From positions 806,001 to 870,000 of the forward strand of contig OZ037842.1 of assembly GCA_964035575.1 (NCBI GenBank): 64,000 bases of DNA, written 5' to 3'. This stretch comes from Rhynchopus sp. YZ270_cl-10. Lineage: Eukaryota. This document shows positions 12,915-24,591 of this stretch, piece by piece; position 1 is the first letter of the stretch, and each line of letters opens with the position of its first letter. The notes under the pieces were generated by a model. The model did not search any database and had not been told where the DNA came from. It worked only from the letters and a program-made list of their open reading frames with translations. Both the position numbers and the translations under genes were made by a program.

Positions 12915-15557
12915 TTATGGGACCTTAGCAAGCGCCCCTTCGTTTGGATCGGTGTGGACGGTTTGAAGTCCTCTGGTAGGTTTCTTTTCGTTGACGTATT
13001 TCATCGTTGTGGCAAGGATTTCGATTCCTTGTTGTTCGCGAAGCTGTACTAGGTTTGAAGGATCCTTCGCAAGACGAGCGAGAGCAATGGCAGCATTCTT
13101 TTGCGCTTGAATGTTAAGCGTAAAGTCAAGCGGAGTGGTCGCCACAGCATCTTGACGGAGTATTTTCTGATGATTCTCTTCTTCATACTGCTCCGCACGT
13201 TTTTGTCTAATAACCGAAAGCAATGGACCGACCATACCCCCTTTGACGTCTTTGTTGAAACGAACAATCCATGTTGCATCTTTTGACAGCTCTGAAAGAA
13301 TTAGGGCTGCATTTCCACATAGCCTGTCGGCTCCCCCTAGGCAGCGCTTCAGGGTGGGGATGGTCTTGGCACAGTCGCGCATGATGGCAGTGGTGCGCTC
13401 TCCGGAGAAAATGTGTTCGGTGTGTTCGTTCACCTCGCACATCATGCTGTCGTCACTCTTCTCATCAAGCAACTGCGCCTCTTTGGAGACCAACGCCGCT
13501 AGAATCGACACAGCGCCTTCACGAAGCCCAAAGCTCTCTTCCTCTCTATCCGCAAATTGAAGCAGCAAATTCACGCAATTATGTTGTTTGAGGAGGCCGT
13601 GAACTTCGGGAATCGAAATACATTTGGAAAGCAGACCTAACGCACGACCATGAAGGTTCGAAATATTCTTTTCCTTATCATTACGATTCAGCAGCGCGAT
13701 GCACGCCTCCACTGTGATTGGTGTGGCGATGGTCGCAAGGCTTTCCTTGCGTCGCCTTTCTGAAGAATCGAGGAGACAGTTTTGAAGCGACGCAAGAATG
13801 GCTTCAACTGCGAAAGGACTTTCCAACGAGGCCCCTTCCGCTGTGAGGTAGCCACTCAGGTATTGAAGCGCATTTTGCGAGCGTGTTGCCATATTTGCTC
13901 CTAATGCGCTCCACCCTTCTGAAGGGAGGGGCAGATTCGATGTGGTGAGGGTTTCTCTGAAGCGTGTATCTGTGGTGAGTCGCATTGCAGCTCCTGCTGC
14001 AGCATCACGCACACCACGTGAACGTGCACTGCTCATCAAAGGAAGAATATAATGCGGCAACGGTGCAGCAGCCAACGCATCGCCCCACTCACTGCTCTTC
14101 AACAGATTGTCGATCAGCTGCAAAAGAAGCGCTAATGTCCCATCCCCACCCTTCCCCTCCTCCGTATGATGAGGAATCGACATTATAGTGTCAACACTAA
14201 GAATGTCGGTCAAAACGATGCGAAGTCTCGAATTTTCAGTCAAATTAACCAACAGCTTTAGAGCAGAAAAGCAACACGCCTTAGGGGCCATGAAGGCATC
14301 AACCAACACAGTGAGGAGAACCTTGAAGGGCACCTCTTTGCGTTGGTTGAGCATTGAGGTGATGGTGTATTCAGTGGAGAAGACTTCTGCGAGGACGAGG
14401 AAGAGGCTGGTACAGAGGACATCCCAGTCGCGTTGGAAGCTGTCGAGGGTGCGTTCCTTCAGGGAGTTGCAGATGGCGACACGGAACTCCTCCACGTATC
14501 CTAGCAGCATATCGGCCCCTCCTGACCAGAGGAAGTGGATTCTGACCGCATCTGCTTCGCTCCTTTGCAGTGTGGCACGCATCTCAAGCAATGTATTCGT
14601 TAAATCCGCACAACGTCCTTCCCCATCAATCGCAGGACCACTCAACTTGCTTGCCTGCATCGCAACACCAATCTTAGTAACCTGAGCAGTAATCTCATCC
14701 AAATCTTCTTGCTTATAAGAACGAACCTGCTCTTCGTATTGAAGCTCCGCTTCGGCTTCTTTGGTAAGAAGGCGGAGTTCTTTTGTAGACCCTTCGTGGT
14801 GTTGTGCTTTGCGGATGTCGCGCAGTGCTGCTTCCGAGTTGTGAAGTTTCATGAGAGCGACGGCACGGCGTTTGATGGCTTTGATGTTGAGCGGGTCGTT
14901 CTGCTCTGACAATACAAAGTCACAGTCTTGTACTGTGCCTTTCCAGTCGCAGAGCTTTAACCTTGCTTGTGCGCGATTGTTTCTCAAGACATAGCAAATC
15001 GGGTCAAGCGCAATGCCGCTACTGTAGTGTTCCTCTGCTAAAGTGTACTGCTGCGCCTTGATCGCAGTGTTGCCCTGCTCCTTGTAGGACAGCGATTCTT
15101 TCTTCATCAAATAGTCTGTCAACGCCTTTGTGTCATTCCGGTCTGGCTTGGGTGGCAGCACATCGGTTGGCACTGCCTTTGGGGTCTTCTCCTTTTTCGC
15201 TTTTTTTACCTCCTCAACAAAGTCCGGACGGTCGAAACGGCTGTAGTCGCTTGTATAGCGTTGCTTATGGTATGACTCTGTTGGTTCTGGCTGGCTGGGT
15301 GCGGCAGGAGTAGGTTCTGGGGTGGGTGGAGTGGGGGCGGTGGTGGTGGCGGTGGTGTCCTCATCAGGCTTGTAATCATCAGAAAGAAGGTACTTTACGG
15401 CGCTATTCATATCATCAACGCGATCCAACCACGTCTGCAGCTCCTTCTCTTCAGTTTCGCTGACCCCAGCGCGGGTCATTTGATTGGTCAAGTCTCTTGC
15501 CTTCTGAATCTTCTGTTTCGTATCCACATCCGGGTCATGTGTTTGTTCAACAGACAT
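12915..15557 (-). CDS. TTC12: TTC12-like TPR + armadillo-repeat protein (880 aa from MSVEQ)
   Basis: N-terminal ELQTWLDRVDDM motif, three TPRs (KEQGNTAIKAQQYTLAEEHYSSGIALDP...NNRAQARLKL), ARM repeats ending QKNAAIALARLA. The upstream 55 codons in the ORF track are a poly-pyrimidine/poly-A leader. Confidence 0.8.
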   Translation of the reverse strand: MSVEQTHDPDVDTKQKIQKARDLTNQMTRAGVSETEEKELQTWLDRVDDMNSAVKYLLSDDYKPDEDTTATTTAPTPPTPEPTPAAPSQPEPTESYHKQRYTSDYSRFDRPDFVEEVKKAKKEKTPKAVPTDVLPPKPDRNDTKALTDYLMKKESLSYKEQGNTAIKAQQYTLAEEHYSSGIALDPICYVLRNNRAQARLKLCDWKGTVQDCDFVLSEQNDPLNIKAIKRRAVALMKLHNSEAALRDIRKAQHHEGSTKELRLLTKEAEAELQYEEQVRSYKQEDLDEITAQVTKIGVAMQASKLSGPAIDGEGRCADLTNTLLEMRATLQRSEADAVRIHFLWSGGADMLLGYVEEFRVAICNSLKERTLDSFQRDWDVLCTSLFLVLAEVFSTEYTITSMLNQRKEVPFKVLLTVLVDAFMAPKACCFSALKLLVNLTENSRLRIVLTDILSVDTIMSIPHHTEEGKGGDGTLALLLQLIDNLLKSSEWGDALAAAPLPHYILPLMSSARSRGVRDAAAGAAMRLTTDTRFRETLTTSNLPLPSEGWSALGANMATRSQNALQYLSGYLTAEGASLESPFAVEAILASLQNCLLDSSERRRKESLATIATPITVEACIALLNRNDKEKNISNLHGRALGLLSKCISIPEVHGLLKQHNCVNLLLQFADREEESFGLREGAVSILAALVSKEAQLLDEKSDDSMMCEVNEHTEHIFSGERTTAIMRDCAKTIPTLKRCLGGADRLCGNAALILSELSKDATWIVRFNKDVKGGMVGPLLSVIRQKRAEQYEEENHQKILRQDAVATTPLDFTLNIQAQKNAAIALARLAKDPSNLVQLREQQGIEILATTMKYVNEKKPTRGLQTVHTDPNEGALAKVP

Positions 15558-16398
15558 TTTTTTTTTTTTACAACTCTCTCTTCGAGGCTGTTTAGAAAGA
15601 AAAAACTTTAGAAAAAGAGAGGAAAAAAAAAAGGTATTTCCCTGAGGTGTTGTGGAAAGGAGAAGAGGGGAGAGGGGTTTTGTGGAAGAGGGTAGAAAAA
15701 GGGAGGGAGGGAGGAAATGCATCCCTTTTTTTTTGAAATTCTCTGGTATTTCTGTAGAGGGATTTGAGAGGTAAGGTTTTTTGTTGGCTTTAAAAAAAAA
15801 AGAAATATATTTTTTTTGATCTGCTCATTCCTCAGATATTTTTTCAATCTGCTTTCCTTTTTATTGTAGTTTTTTTTGGGGGCGTTTTTTTTTATTTGAA
15901 AGGGGGCAATTTTTCTGTGGAACAGTCATTTGTGACTATGTTCCCGTAGGTCCGACAATTGTCTCGGGAAAAGAAGAGAAAAACGACAGGTACAATGAAC
16001 CTTAGCTTCTCTATGTACTCAGTCTCTCAAAGAATGAATAACAAAACACTGTTGATCACAGACCATCTCCAGGGGGCGTCTGTTCTCAGCGTTTTTTCTT
16101 TCTTTTCCCCATTGTCTCTAACATTCAGCTTTGTTGTTGTTGCGAGGCAAAAAACAGAATTTTCAGTTGGTAGGAAGGAGATCCTTGGGGGGGAAATGTG
16201 TGTGGGAATAGGGGGGGAAGTCGACAGCACACACAGGCAAGCCCTGTCATCTAATATGCTTTTTTTTTTTGTTGGCATCAAAAAAACCTCATCAGAAAAA
16301 GAAAAAAGATCGCGTTATTTTGTTGCCTTTCTTATGTTAATCTAAAAAGGCTATAAAAAAAATAGTGCGCAATGGAACGATATCGGTCCATGCGCACT

Positions 16399-17278
16399 CT
16401 ACCAGTCATCGTCGTATGCGACCTTGCGCTGGAAGGTAATCGTCGGTCCGTTGCCTCCTCCGTTCTGTAGTGTCGATTGGTGGTGTACAATGTCTCGGAA
16501 AGTAAAGAAACGTTTATCAGATGACCCTAAGCCTCTCGTGCTTAGCCACCTTAGTAAAATATACCGTGACAAATGTTTAAAGGGAAAGGTTATTTCATAT
16601 ACTTTATTTTCTTAACGAAACGAAAAGAAAGCAAAGAGGGTGCGAAAAATGTACCCTTGCTTTTTTTTTGAATGTTTTGCAAAACGTAGAAAGAAAAATA
16701 AATGCTTCATGCACAAATTGAAACTTCAGTAGATAGGGAAAGGTGATACGCATCTCACCACATTTTATCACAATTTGTGTACAGCAGAGATACAAAAAAT
16801 GGGGGGAAATATTGAAATAATACTCCATCCATTTTAAAAATGGTTTTTGCGTCGACAATCGCCGGGAATCTTTTTTTCCCCCCCTTCATTTTCCATTTTT
16901 CAAATGAACGCTATGCAACCACCACCCTTACGCCACTTTGGATTATTGACATTGATAGACTATTCGAAGGCCACTGCATACCTGGTCGTTCATTGCCTCG
17001 AGGAGCTGTTTGAGCTTGCTGTCGGTGACGGGAGGGGCGAGCCTGCCCTGTCTGACGCTCTGGATGACGTAGTTCTCGATGTTACGTGCCTTGTCAGGCT
17101 TCACGACAGCAATGCGCTTCAAGCGCTCCCTTGAGTCAGCGTCGAGGATCGCTCTCAACGTGGCGTCACGCTGGTCCTCCATCTGGCGCTGCTGCTCCTG
17201 CTGTTGCGCCTGCTCTTCTTGGGTCATAGGCTGCTTGCCACCACCTGCACCCGCAGCTGCTGCAACTGCTTCATCCAT
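16399..17278 (-). CDS. PDCD5: Programmed cell death protein 5, two exons (17278-16982, 16464-16399)
   Basis: Core ILDADSRERLKRIAVVKPDKARNIENYVIQ. Splicing CAG|GTATGC...CTACAG| adds NGGGNGPTITFQRKVAYDDDW*, the expected PDCD5 C-terminus. Confidence 0.93.
16465..16981 (-). other. GT-AG intron (517 nt) of PDCD5, containing a hairpin-family copy at 16519-16553
   Basis: GTATGC donor, TACAG acceptor, phase 0; removal restores the conserved C-terminus. Confidence 0.9.
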
Positions 17279-19393
17279 TATGAGTCTTTGTCTTTATTGT
17301 TCTACTTTAAAATGAAAGGGAAGAGGAGGAGGAAGAGGAGGAGGGAAGAATAGCGGATCAATGAGTCGTGCTCAAGCGTTGGGGAAACTTAAGAAAATGT
17401 AGGGGGAGAGCGGAGTTTTGACTTTCCACCTCGTTCCACTGCTTTCGTTCTTTTTGTTTTGGTTTCAAAAAAAAAGGGGGGGTTTTGAGGGGTGGGTCCG
17501 AAGAGGGAAAAAAACAACGCTAAAAAATCCGACGATAACCATGCCAAAAGACAAAGTTCTGTACAAAAAAAAAAAAAAGAGAGAAAACAGGAAAATGTTA
17601 AAAAAAGCATTGGTAAGATGAGTTCCTCTCGTACTGAGTTCATCGTACAAAACAAAAGGGGATTAAAAAAAAATTTTTTTTGGCGCCGACTGATTGATTA
17701 AGAGAGTTAAAGAGGCGTTTTTCTTGGTGCAGACATTATGGATGAAGGCACAAATGAAAATACTGTCTGTTCAAGAATGTGATTTACAGAGTGACAATTT
17801 GCCGAACCAAACGTGAGTGTTGCCATCTAAATAAAAGAAGAAGAAAAAAATAGAAACCGACTTCAGGATATGATAGTAAGTAAATAAGAAGGAAAAAAGA
17901 GGGGTATTTTCCGTGGCCCCAGCTGTTGTGTTGGTTGTGGTGAAAAAAAAAAGGGGTAACCAAGTCTAGCGGGCACGCCTCGTCACTCATTGCTATTTCT
18001 TATTGACAAGAACTTGGTATTTTTTTTTAAAAAAGTGTGAGTGAAGCGCACCGGGTGACTCCACTTATACGACTCAGTTTTCAAAAAGTGCTTGCCTGTA
18101 CCCCCTTGTGTGCAGGAGTGTGTACACCGCTTGTGTTCCTTCGAAAATAAACATCGTGTCAATTCGCCGTCCCAACGACATCAGGGGTATTCCCGTACAT
18201 CTGATGTTGGGTAAAAAAAGGTCATCAACCGAGGACAGGCCAAGACGCGCAGCCACACTGCCTTGACAGAGCGAAAGAGAACAGGACTAGTACCAAGTGA
18301 AAAGGAAAAGGGGGAGGGAGGAAAAACTCGTCAGACACTTGAGAGTGGGTGGGTGAGAATGGGCATTCTTATTGGATAAAATGCATCTGTGTTCAGGAGA
18401 ATTGAAAACAAAGTGAAGATGCATTTTCGCAATAGAAAGGTTTCTTTAAAAGGATCACCCACTCTCGACACCCCTGCGCCTTGGAAAGATAATAAATGCA
18501 TTTCTTTCTGAAAAAAAGAATGTTTGCGACGCTTCGAAAAGGACCGGGAAAGACGACTTTTTGTTGATTTTTTAATTATTATTCGTAAGCGTCTCATCCA
18601 TCACCCCTTTTCTTACATACCCCTCCCTTCCCCTCATTGCTCTGAGCTCTGAAGTGACTGATATTTGTTTGCCTTCGGCCCGGTTCTTTGCAAAAACTCT
18701 ATTTAAGAAGCCCGAGAAGTGTTGAGGGGACGAAGGGGGTGACAAAGAAGAAAAGCGACAATATAACACTTTTAAAAAACTCCAAAACATGAAATCTAAT
18801 TTGCGCTGATTTTTTTTTTTGAATAATTGAATAATTGAGTAACGTGTAGACACCTCGCTTTTTTCTCATGTGAGCTCCACAGCTTTTTTTGTGAAAAACG
18901 AAGAAAAAATGGGGGAAGGGAAGAATTATCTGTTAGAGTGAGTAAAGCAAGAGCCAAAAATTTTCCACACACACACACACACCAAGGGCCCTATTATGTG
19001 CAAGAATTACCCCTATTAGTTATCAAACACACACACACACACACACACATGTGGCATGCATTGAACCAATGTGTCCGCGGCCTGCGAGTGGGCGCACAGG
19101 ACCTAGCAGTAGGTTAGCTACGTTGAAATGGCCGTAGACTTCAAGCTTTCCATTTGCATAAAAAGAAAAAGTTTGCCGTCGCGTAACTGCAGACACCAGC
19201 CATGCCAGACAGCTGCCCCGCTACGCACACAGCGCGCGGACTACCTGGCCAGCAGGGTATTCAGATGTATTGTGGCGGCTGTACACGACAGATCGGCACA
19301 GTGTATGCCAGAGCTGACGCAGAATCAACTTCAGAGTCTGCTGCGGTTACTTAAACTCCCAACCAAAAAGATGTCTTTGTTTGTCGCAAAGCC

Positions 19394-19553
19394 GAAATAG
19401 AAACGTAACACTCATCACACGATAAAACCCATGGGAGAGGTTGTAGTGAAACGCACAGTCCTCGATCTGTTTGGTGAGGAGTGGCTCTGCAGCGCGGTTC
19501 GCCCAGAACCGCAAAGTGTGTTCAAAATGCTTTGTTTCTATTTCCTCCTTCAT
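19394..19553. repeat. ~160-bp structured dispersed element, copy 2
   Basis: Homologous to 12183-12341. Confidence 0.85.
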
Positions 19554-20103
19554 TTCATGAGGACATAACAAAAACAATGAAAAAAGTGTGAACTGCAATT
19601 GGTGTTGGTGTTTGTGAATCAAAGTGAATCAAACAGACAATATGGCAACAAAAAGATGTTGTTATGTAACCCAAATGGGCAATGTTCCGCGCAGGAATTA
19701 CCATAACTGATTTCAAACACATACGCCCCTCCATGAAAAAAAAGCAAAAATAGGTGGAAATTGAGAACACCTTGCCAGACAACAGAAGACAACAGAACCC
19801 AACAAAAAGAGAGAAAAATTTTGTAAGATGAACCTGAGCCTCTCAGTCATCCTCCCAAAAAAATTTTTTTTTGGAAAGGAACGTACCCTCAATGGGGGAC
19901 ACTCGCATCTTGGGGAAATGTAATGGGTATTAGACTCTGGCATCCATTCGAATTTGGTGAAGCTAGATGACGCAAATAAAATAAAACTTTAAAAAAAATG
20001 TGCCACACCCGCATCTTTGATAGCCTCACACAAAAGAACAGAGTTTTGTTGAACACGAAACTGAAAAATACGGATGGACAGGCCCCAAATGGAGTTTCAT
20101 ATA

Positions 20104-20189
20104 CCGTATTCGTACAAATTACCGAACTTCCAGAAAAATCCTGAAAAGGTCGAACATTAGTACGGTCGATAATTTTTGTACGAATACGG
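20104..20189. mobile_element. 86-bp Tc1/mariner-superfamily-type MITE with TA target-site duplication
   Basis: TA|CCGTATTCGTACAAA ... TTTGTACGAATACGG|TA. Confidence 0.75.
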
Positions 20190-22210
20190 TACTTCCGAAT
20201 CAAAGAAGAGAAAGTGCAAGGACGTTCTGTGCAGATACATCCACTCTTTTTTGTTGCAAAAAATGTGACAAAAAAAACAACAAACAATTGTTGAGACAAA
20301 AAAAAAAAATGGGGATAGCCAAATATATCGCATTTTTGATGAAAGGACACAGCCGGATTCACACCCCCCTTTTTTTTGGTTCTGCTTTTAAAAAAAGAAA
20401 AGAACCCCTAGCTTTTTCCTCTTTTGAGAGATGCTTGCAAACGCTTTGTTGCATTTTTTTTTTCCTTTTCTATGAGGGGCAAGAGAACGGGTACACAGTG
20501 AGTTGCTTTTTTTTTTTTATCCCAGCCTTTTATTCTCAGTATTTCTTTGTGAGCAAAAAAGGTGTTGAAGCCCGACATGGTGCGCGCTGTGTTACTTCAT
20601 AACAGTGAGGCAGGATGTTCAGAGGCCAACCCAATGTGTGTGGAGGGCAAGATTATTTTCAAAAAATCAGTCAATACAACAAAAAAAAAAACAGGTGTGT
20701 TTCCCTTCCCTCTGTCAAAATGAAACCCCTCGCATTGTTTTTTTTTGCGCTTTTCGGGACCTCATCGATGGATCACTATACACCAGATCTCCTATTGAGG
20801 GGTTAAGAAACCCCTTAGTTTTTTTGAAATCCCAAAAAATCCATCTAATGGGTTTCTCCCATCGGTTGTTGTATGATTGTACTTTCAAGTCAGGAGAACA
20901 GGATGCAGTGAAAGGTAATAACAGACCCAGGGCAAGAGGTGGGGGGGAGAAAAAAAACTGACAACAACTGAGTGATCTGAGCTGCAACAAATAGTGGTAA
21001 ACCTTCTCTTGAAAAATACAACCTCGTGAAATGAGCTCACAACACATTTTTTTTACCCCACAAAATTCAGGGGGAGGGTGAGGTGGGGGGGGGGGATATC
21101 TAACTGCGATTGCAGTGACCTTTTGGGAGGGTTGCCCGCTTTTTTTGAAAATTTCAAACCAAAACAAAACAAAAAAAAAAAAGAATAAATAAAAGAAGTC
21201 GGGAAAGGTTTTCGCGATGCCAGTTCATGGCATGACCCTGTTCCCCCACAAAATGGACTTTTCTTTTTTGTGTGAGAAAATTGCTGTGGCAGAGAGTGGG
21301 GAGGGAGAGGGGAGGGGGGGAAAGCAAACGTTCAATAACGTATGGTCACCTCATATGGAGGCACCAAAGGGGGAGGGGGAAAAAGAAAAGAAAATAAAAA
21401 TGTTGGTAGGACAAACGTTGTTTCGTCACCTAGGAAAACAAACAAAGAAAGAAAAATTTGAAAGATGAACTGGCCAAAAAAAGAAGACCTTTTTGATAAG
21501 GTGCTGGATTAGTGTAGCTACGCAATGCAGTCTGCACTGTCAATTTCCCCAACTAGAAGTGCGTTTTTGGGATGAGGGAGAAGGGTATATGCATGAAAGT
21601 TGTTGGTTTTGCTTTGTGCTCTTTTTTTTGTTTGGTGTCTTTAAAAATGTACTATTTGCTTTTTTGCTTTTTTGTTGATTTTTTGTTTTGGATACATGAC
21701 CAAATGGTCTGATCAGGGTCAGAATGTGCATGTGCATCTCATTTATTTGTAAGGCACATGCTTCCCCTTTCTTGCGTTTTAAAAAAAAGTGTTTTAAACA
21801 AATTCATACCACGTTATCAAACAGTAAGCATTAAAGAGTGTAACATGTACCCCCTCCTATTTTGCCCTCGTGTTTAAAAAAAAAAACAAAAAAAATAAAC
21901 CAACTGATGACACAATATTCCCCAAAACCGTCTGGCTATTTCTTGTTTAGCAACGCGGGTTTCAACTCCGGGTAAACCTTCTGCGTTTATAAAAAAAAAA
22001 CAGCACCTTTTCTTTTGTCATTCCTGATATAAAAAAAAGGTTCCATTAATCGGCTGGTTAGATATATGTTGTGTCCAGTATTGTTGGGGAAGAGGACTTC
22101 AATCAAGCGCGTTCGGACACAGTGAAGAGGGAAACCTTGAAAGTTGGGCAGCCACAGAATACAAAAGGGCATAGTTTCAATGCTTTCAAAACAAAACAAA
22201 ACAAAAAAGT

Positions 22211-22538
22211 GAGGTGATCCAGCGCACACTTTTCCACACTTTTTCACACCGTGAAAACATGTGAAAATAAGTGAAAACGTGTGAAACCAAGGTGAAAATG
22301 TGTGAAATCAAGTGAAAATGTGTGAAACCAAGTGAAAATATGTGAAACCATGTGAAACCATGTGAAACCATGTGAAACCAAGTGAAAATGTGTGAAACCA
22401 TGTGAAAACACCAAGTTTTTTTTCTGGAGGAATCCACTCAGAGTGCGTGAAGCAGTTTTTTTTTCACTTTCGTACACACTTTTTCACATCGTGAAACCAT
22501 GTGAAAATGTGTGAAAAAGCGTGAGACTGGATCACCTC
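22211..22538. mobile_element. 328-bp MITE with internal (TGTGAAACCA)n minisatellite and 7-bp TSD
   Basis: TIR GAGGTGATCCAG / CTGGATCACCTC, flanked on both sides by AAAAAGT (22204-22210 and 22539-22545). Confidence 0.8.
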
Positions 22539-22613
22539 AAAAAGTCCAAAAAAATAATAATGAAATAGACCCTCCGTGTGATGCCCGTGTGTTCAGAACA
22601 CAGTACTTGTTAA

Positions 22614-24483
22614 CCTATTAGCCACTAGGTGCCCATATATGGGCACATTAATCAGCACCTGCGTCTGAGACAATTTTTTATAGGCCTCCGCTGACCAAAA
22701 ATGTGTGATTCCCCCATTTTTTTTTTTTTTTTTTTCCTTCCCCCACCCACCCAAAATCACCCACCACTTAGGGAAATTCGTGAAAAAGGGGTTTTTTTGG
22801 GGTTTTTTAGGGTTTTCAGCGCACTATCAAAACATGGCAAGAGTCTCCAAGACAATAAAATTTTGTCAAAAGTGAAAAAAAATAACTATTTATTCACCTC
22901 CTTTTAGCGGGGTTTTATTTTGCGATAACTTCACGCATTTTTTTCCCAGGCGAGGGCTACTTAATTTGCCGAGCGAAGCGAGGCAAATTGAGTGCACGAG
23001 CCTGGGAAAAAAATAAGTGAAGTATCGCAAAATAATCCGCTAAAAGGAGGTGAATACGTAATTTTATTTCACGGGAAATAAAGTATACGAAAGGATTTGG
23101 CAATTTTAGCGGGACTCATTTATTGTGCAATAACTAACGAGAATGTGTCCCTCCAGGTAGCTCTCATTACCCTCCCGCTAGCTTTTGCTCGCCGGGAACC
23201 TGCAAAAAACTGGTGAATTGGGCCCATACCCTGGTATGTGGGGTGGGATACGCATTTTTGGGGTGGCAGAACCATGTGTGAGCCACAGGGTGGTGCACGT
23301 GTGACCCCATGCAGTACCACGCAACCCACGTTTTTACACACACAACAACGGCATTTTGCGTGTAGCGCGTACAGTATGTAGCCTAAAAAGCCCACACCAC
23401 GTGTACGCATAGCGCGTAGCGCAGCGTGTGGTCGGGTTTGGAAAGCTGCCTCAACGGTACACAAAGCTACATCCCGACCTCTCGCCACCTCAGTGTCCCC
23501 TCGGGTGCTAGCGGGAGGTCGGGAAATGGCTGTCGTGCAAGAGCGAGACACATTCAGAAGATCCTCGCCCATCACAGAATATCATGCCAGCCACCACCTT
23601 CCTCACAATGAAGTAAAGGGGGTGGTGTGTCCTTCGTCTTGATAGTGAGATCGTCACGGAGATACACTATGTACGAAACGAAGTCGGCTTCCGTGGGCTT
23701 ACCGTCAGGCTTGCCAATGAATTCCTTAAAAAGCGGTCCCATTCACGGACGTACGGTGTCGACAATGCTAGTCCTTCAGCAAAACCACTGTAGTGCTTGT
23801 CCATCTCCTGTCGGAGGACCGTTTGCGTCTTACATCCTTCGGCATGTTGCATGTGTCAGAAAAAAAATGGGAAAAGGGCAAAAAAAATTCGAAATTTTCA
23901 ATTTTTAGGTGGGTGGTGGTGCAGGATGTACCAAAATTTAGCGTGAAGTTATCGCCAAATAAAACCCCTGTTTTAGCGTGAAAAAAATAAAAATAAAATC
24001 CCGCTCTGAAGGAATTGCAGTGAAAAAAAGTGAAAAACGCGTGAAATAAAGTTCAATGAGCGGGTTTTTAATTTGCGATAAAAAAACTGCGTGAAATTAT
24101 CATTAAAAAGAATCCCGCTAAAAGTGCCAAATCCTTCGTATACTTTATTTCCCAGGGGAATAAAATTTTTAATAGATTCCGGGAGGTTGAAATGTGTGAT
24201 TCCCCTATTTTTTTTGGATTTTTTAGAATTTTGTTTTTGATTTTTTCCGCCACCCACAACACGCACACCAAGGAAAATGCGTGAAACAGGGACGGTCACA
24301 GCCTAACGAATGCGATTTTTTTGATTTTGATTCTCAGAACCGCAGAAGTCCCCGAAGACCATACCAAACCACCTAGAGGACCCAAAAAATGCACCATCGC
24401 CCCAGTTTTGACCCAGAAACACTCAAATGATTCCAAAACAAAAAACGGGAAAAAAACCCCCACCCCCCTTAGTGGCTAATAGG
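22614..24483. mobile_element. Non-autonomous piggyBac-type element (TTAA TSD) with nested cargo
   Basis: TTAA|CCTATTAGCCACTA ... TAGTGGCTAATAGG|TTAA; subterminal palindrome GTGCCCATATATGGGCAC. Confidence 0.85.
22891..24166 (-). mobile_element. Crypton-like (tyrosine recombinase) element relic nested in the piggyBac-type element
   Basis: 166-bp hairpin at 22891-23056 with loop GCCGAGCGAAGCGAGGC; 54-bp inverted repeats at 23061-23114 and 24113-24166; frameshifted peptide YVREWDRF/KEFIGKPDGKPTEADFVSYIVYLRDD resembling the integrase N-terminal SAM-like domain. Confidence 0.55.
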
Positions 24484-24591
24484 TTAAGAGAACATCCCCT
24501 CCCCCAAAAAAAGAGGAAAAAAAATGATCAAAATGATCAAAATGATAAGTCTAAGCCTCTGTGCGGTAGGTACCTAATTAAAAATGGCACG

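Noticed and set aside
15558..15722. N-terminal ORF-track extensions (also 34472, 42634, 44609, 49029, 55141, 62795)
   Set aside because: They translate polypyrimidine/poly-A leader sequence or use non-ATG starts; downstream ATGs fit better.
22250..22520. CRISPR-like array
   Set aside because: Contiguous 10-bp tandem units with no unique spacers, no cas genes, eukaryotic context.
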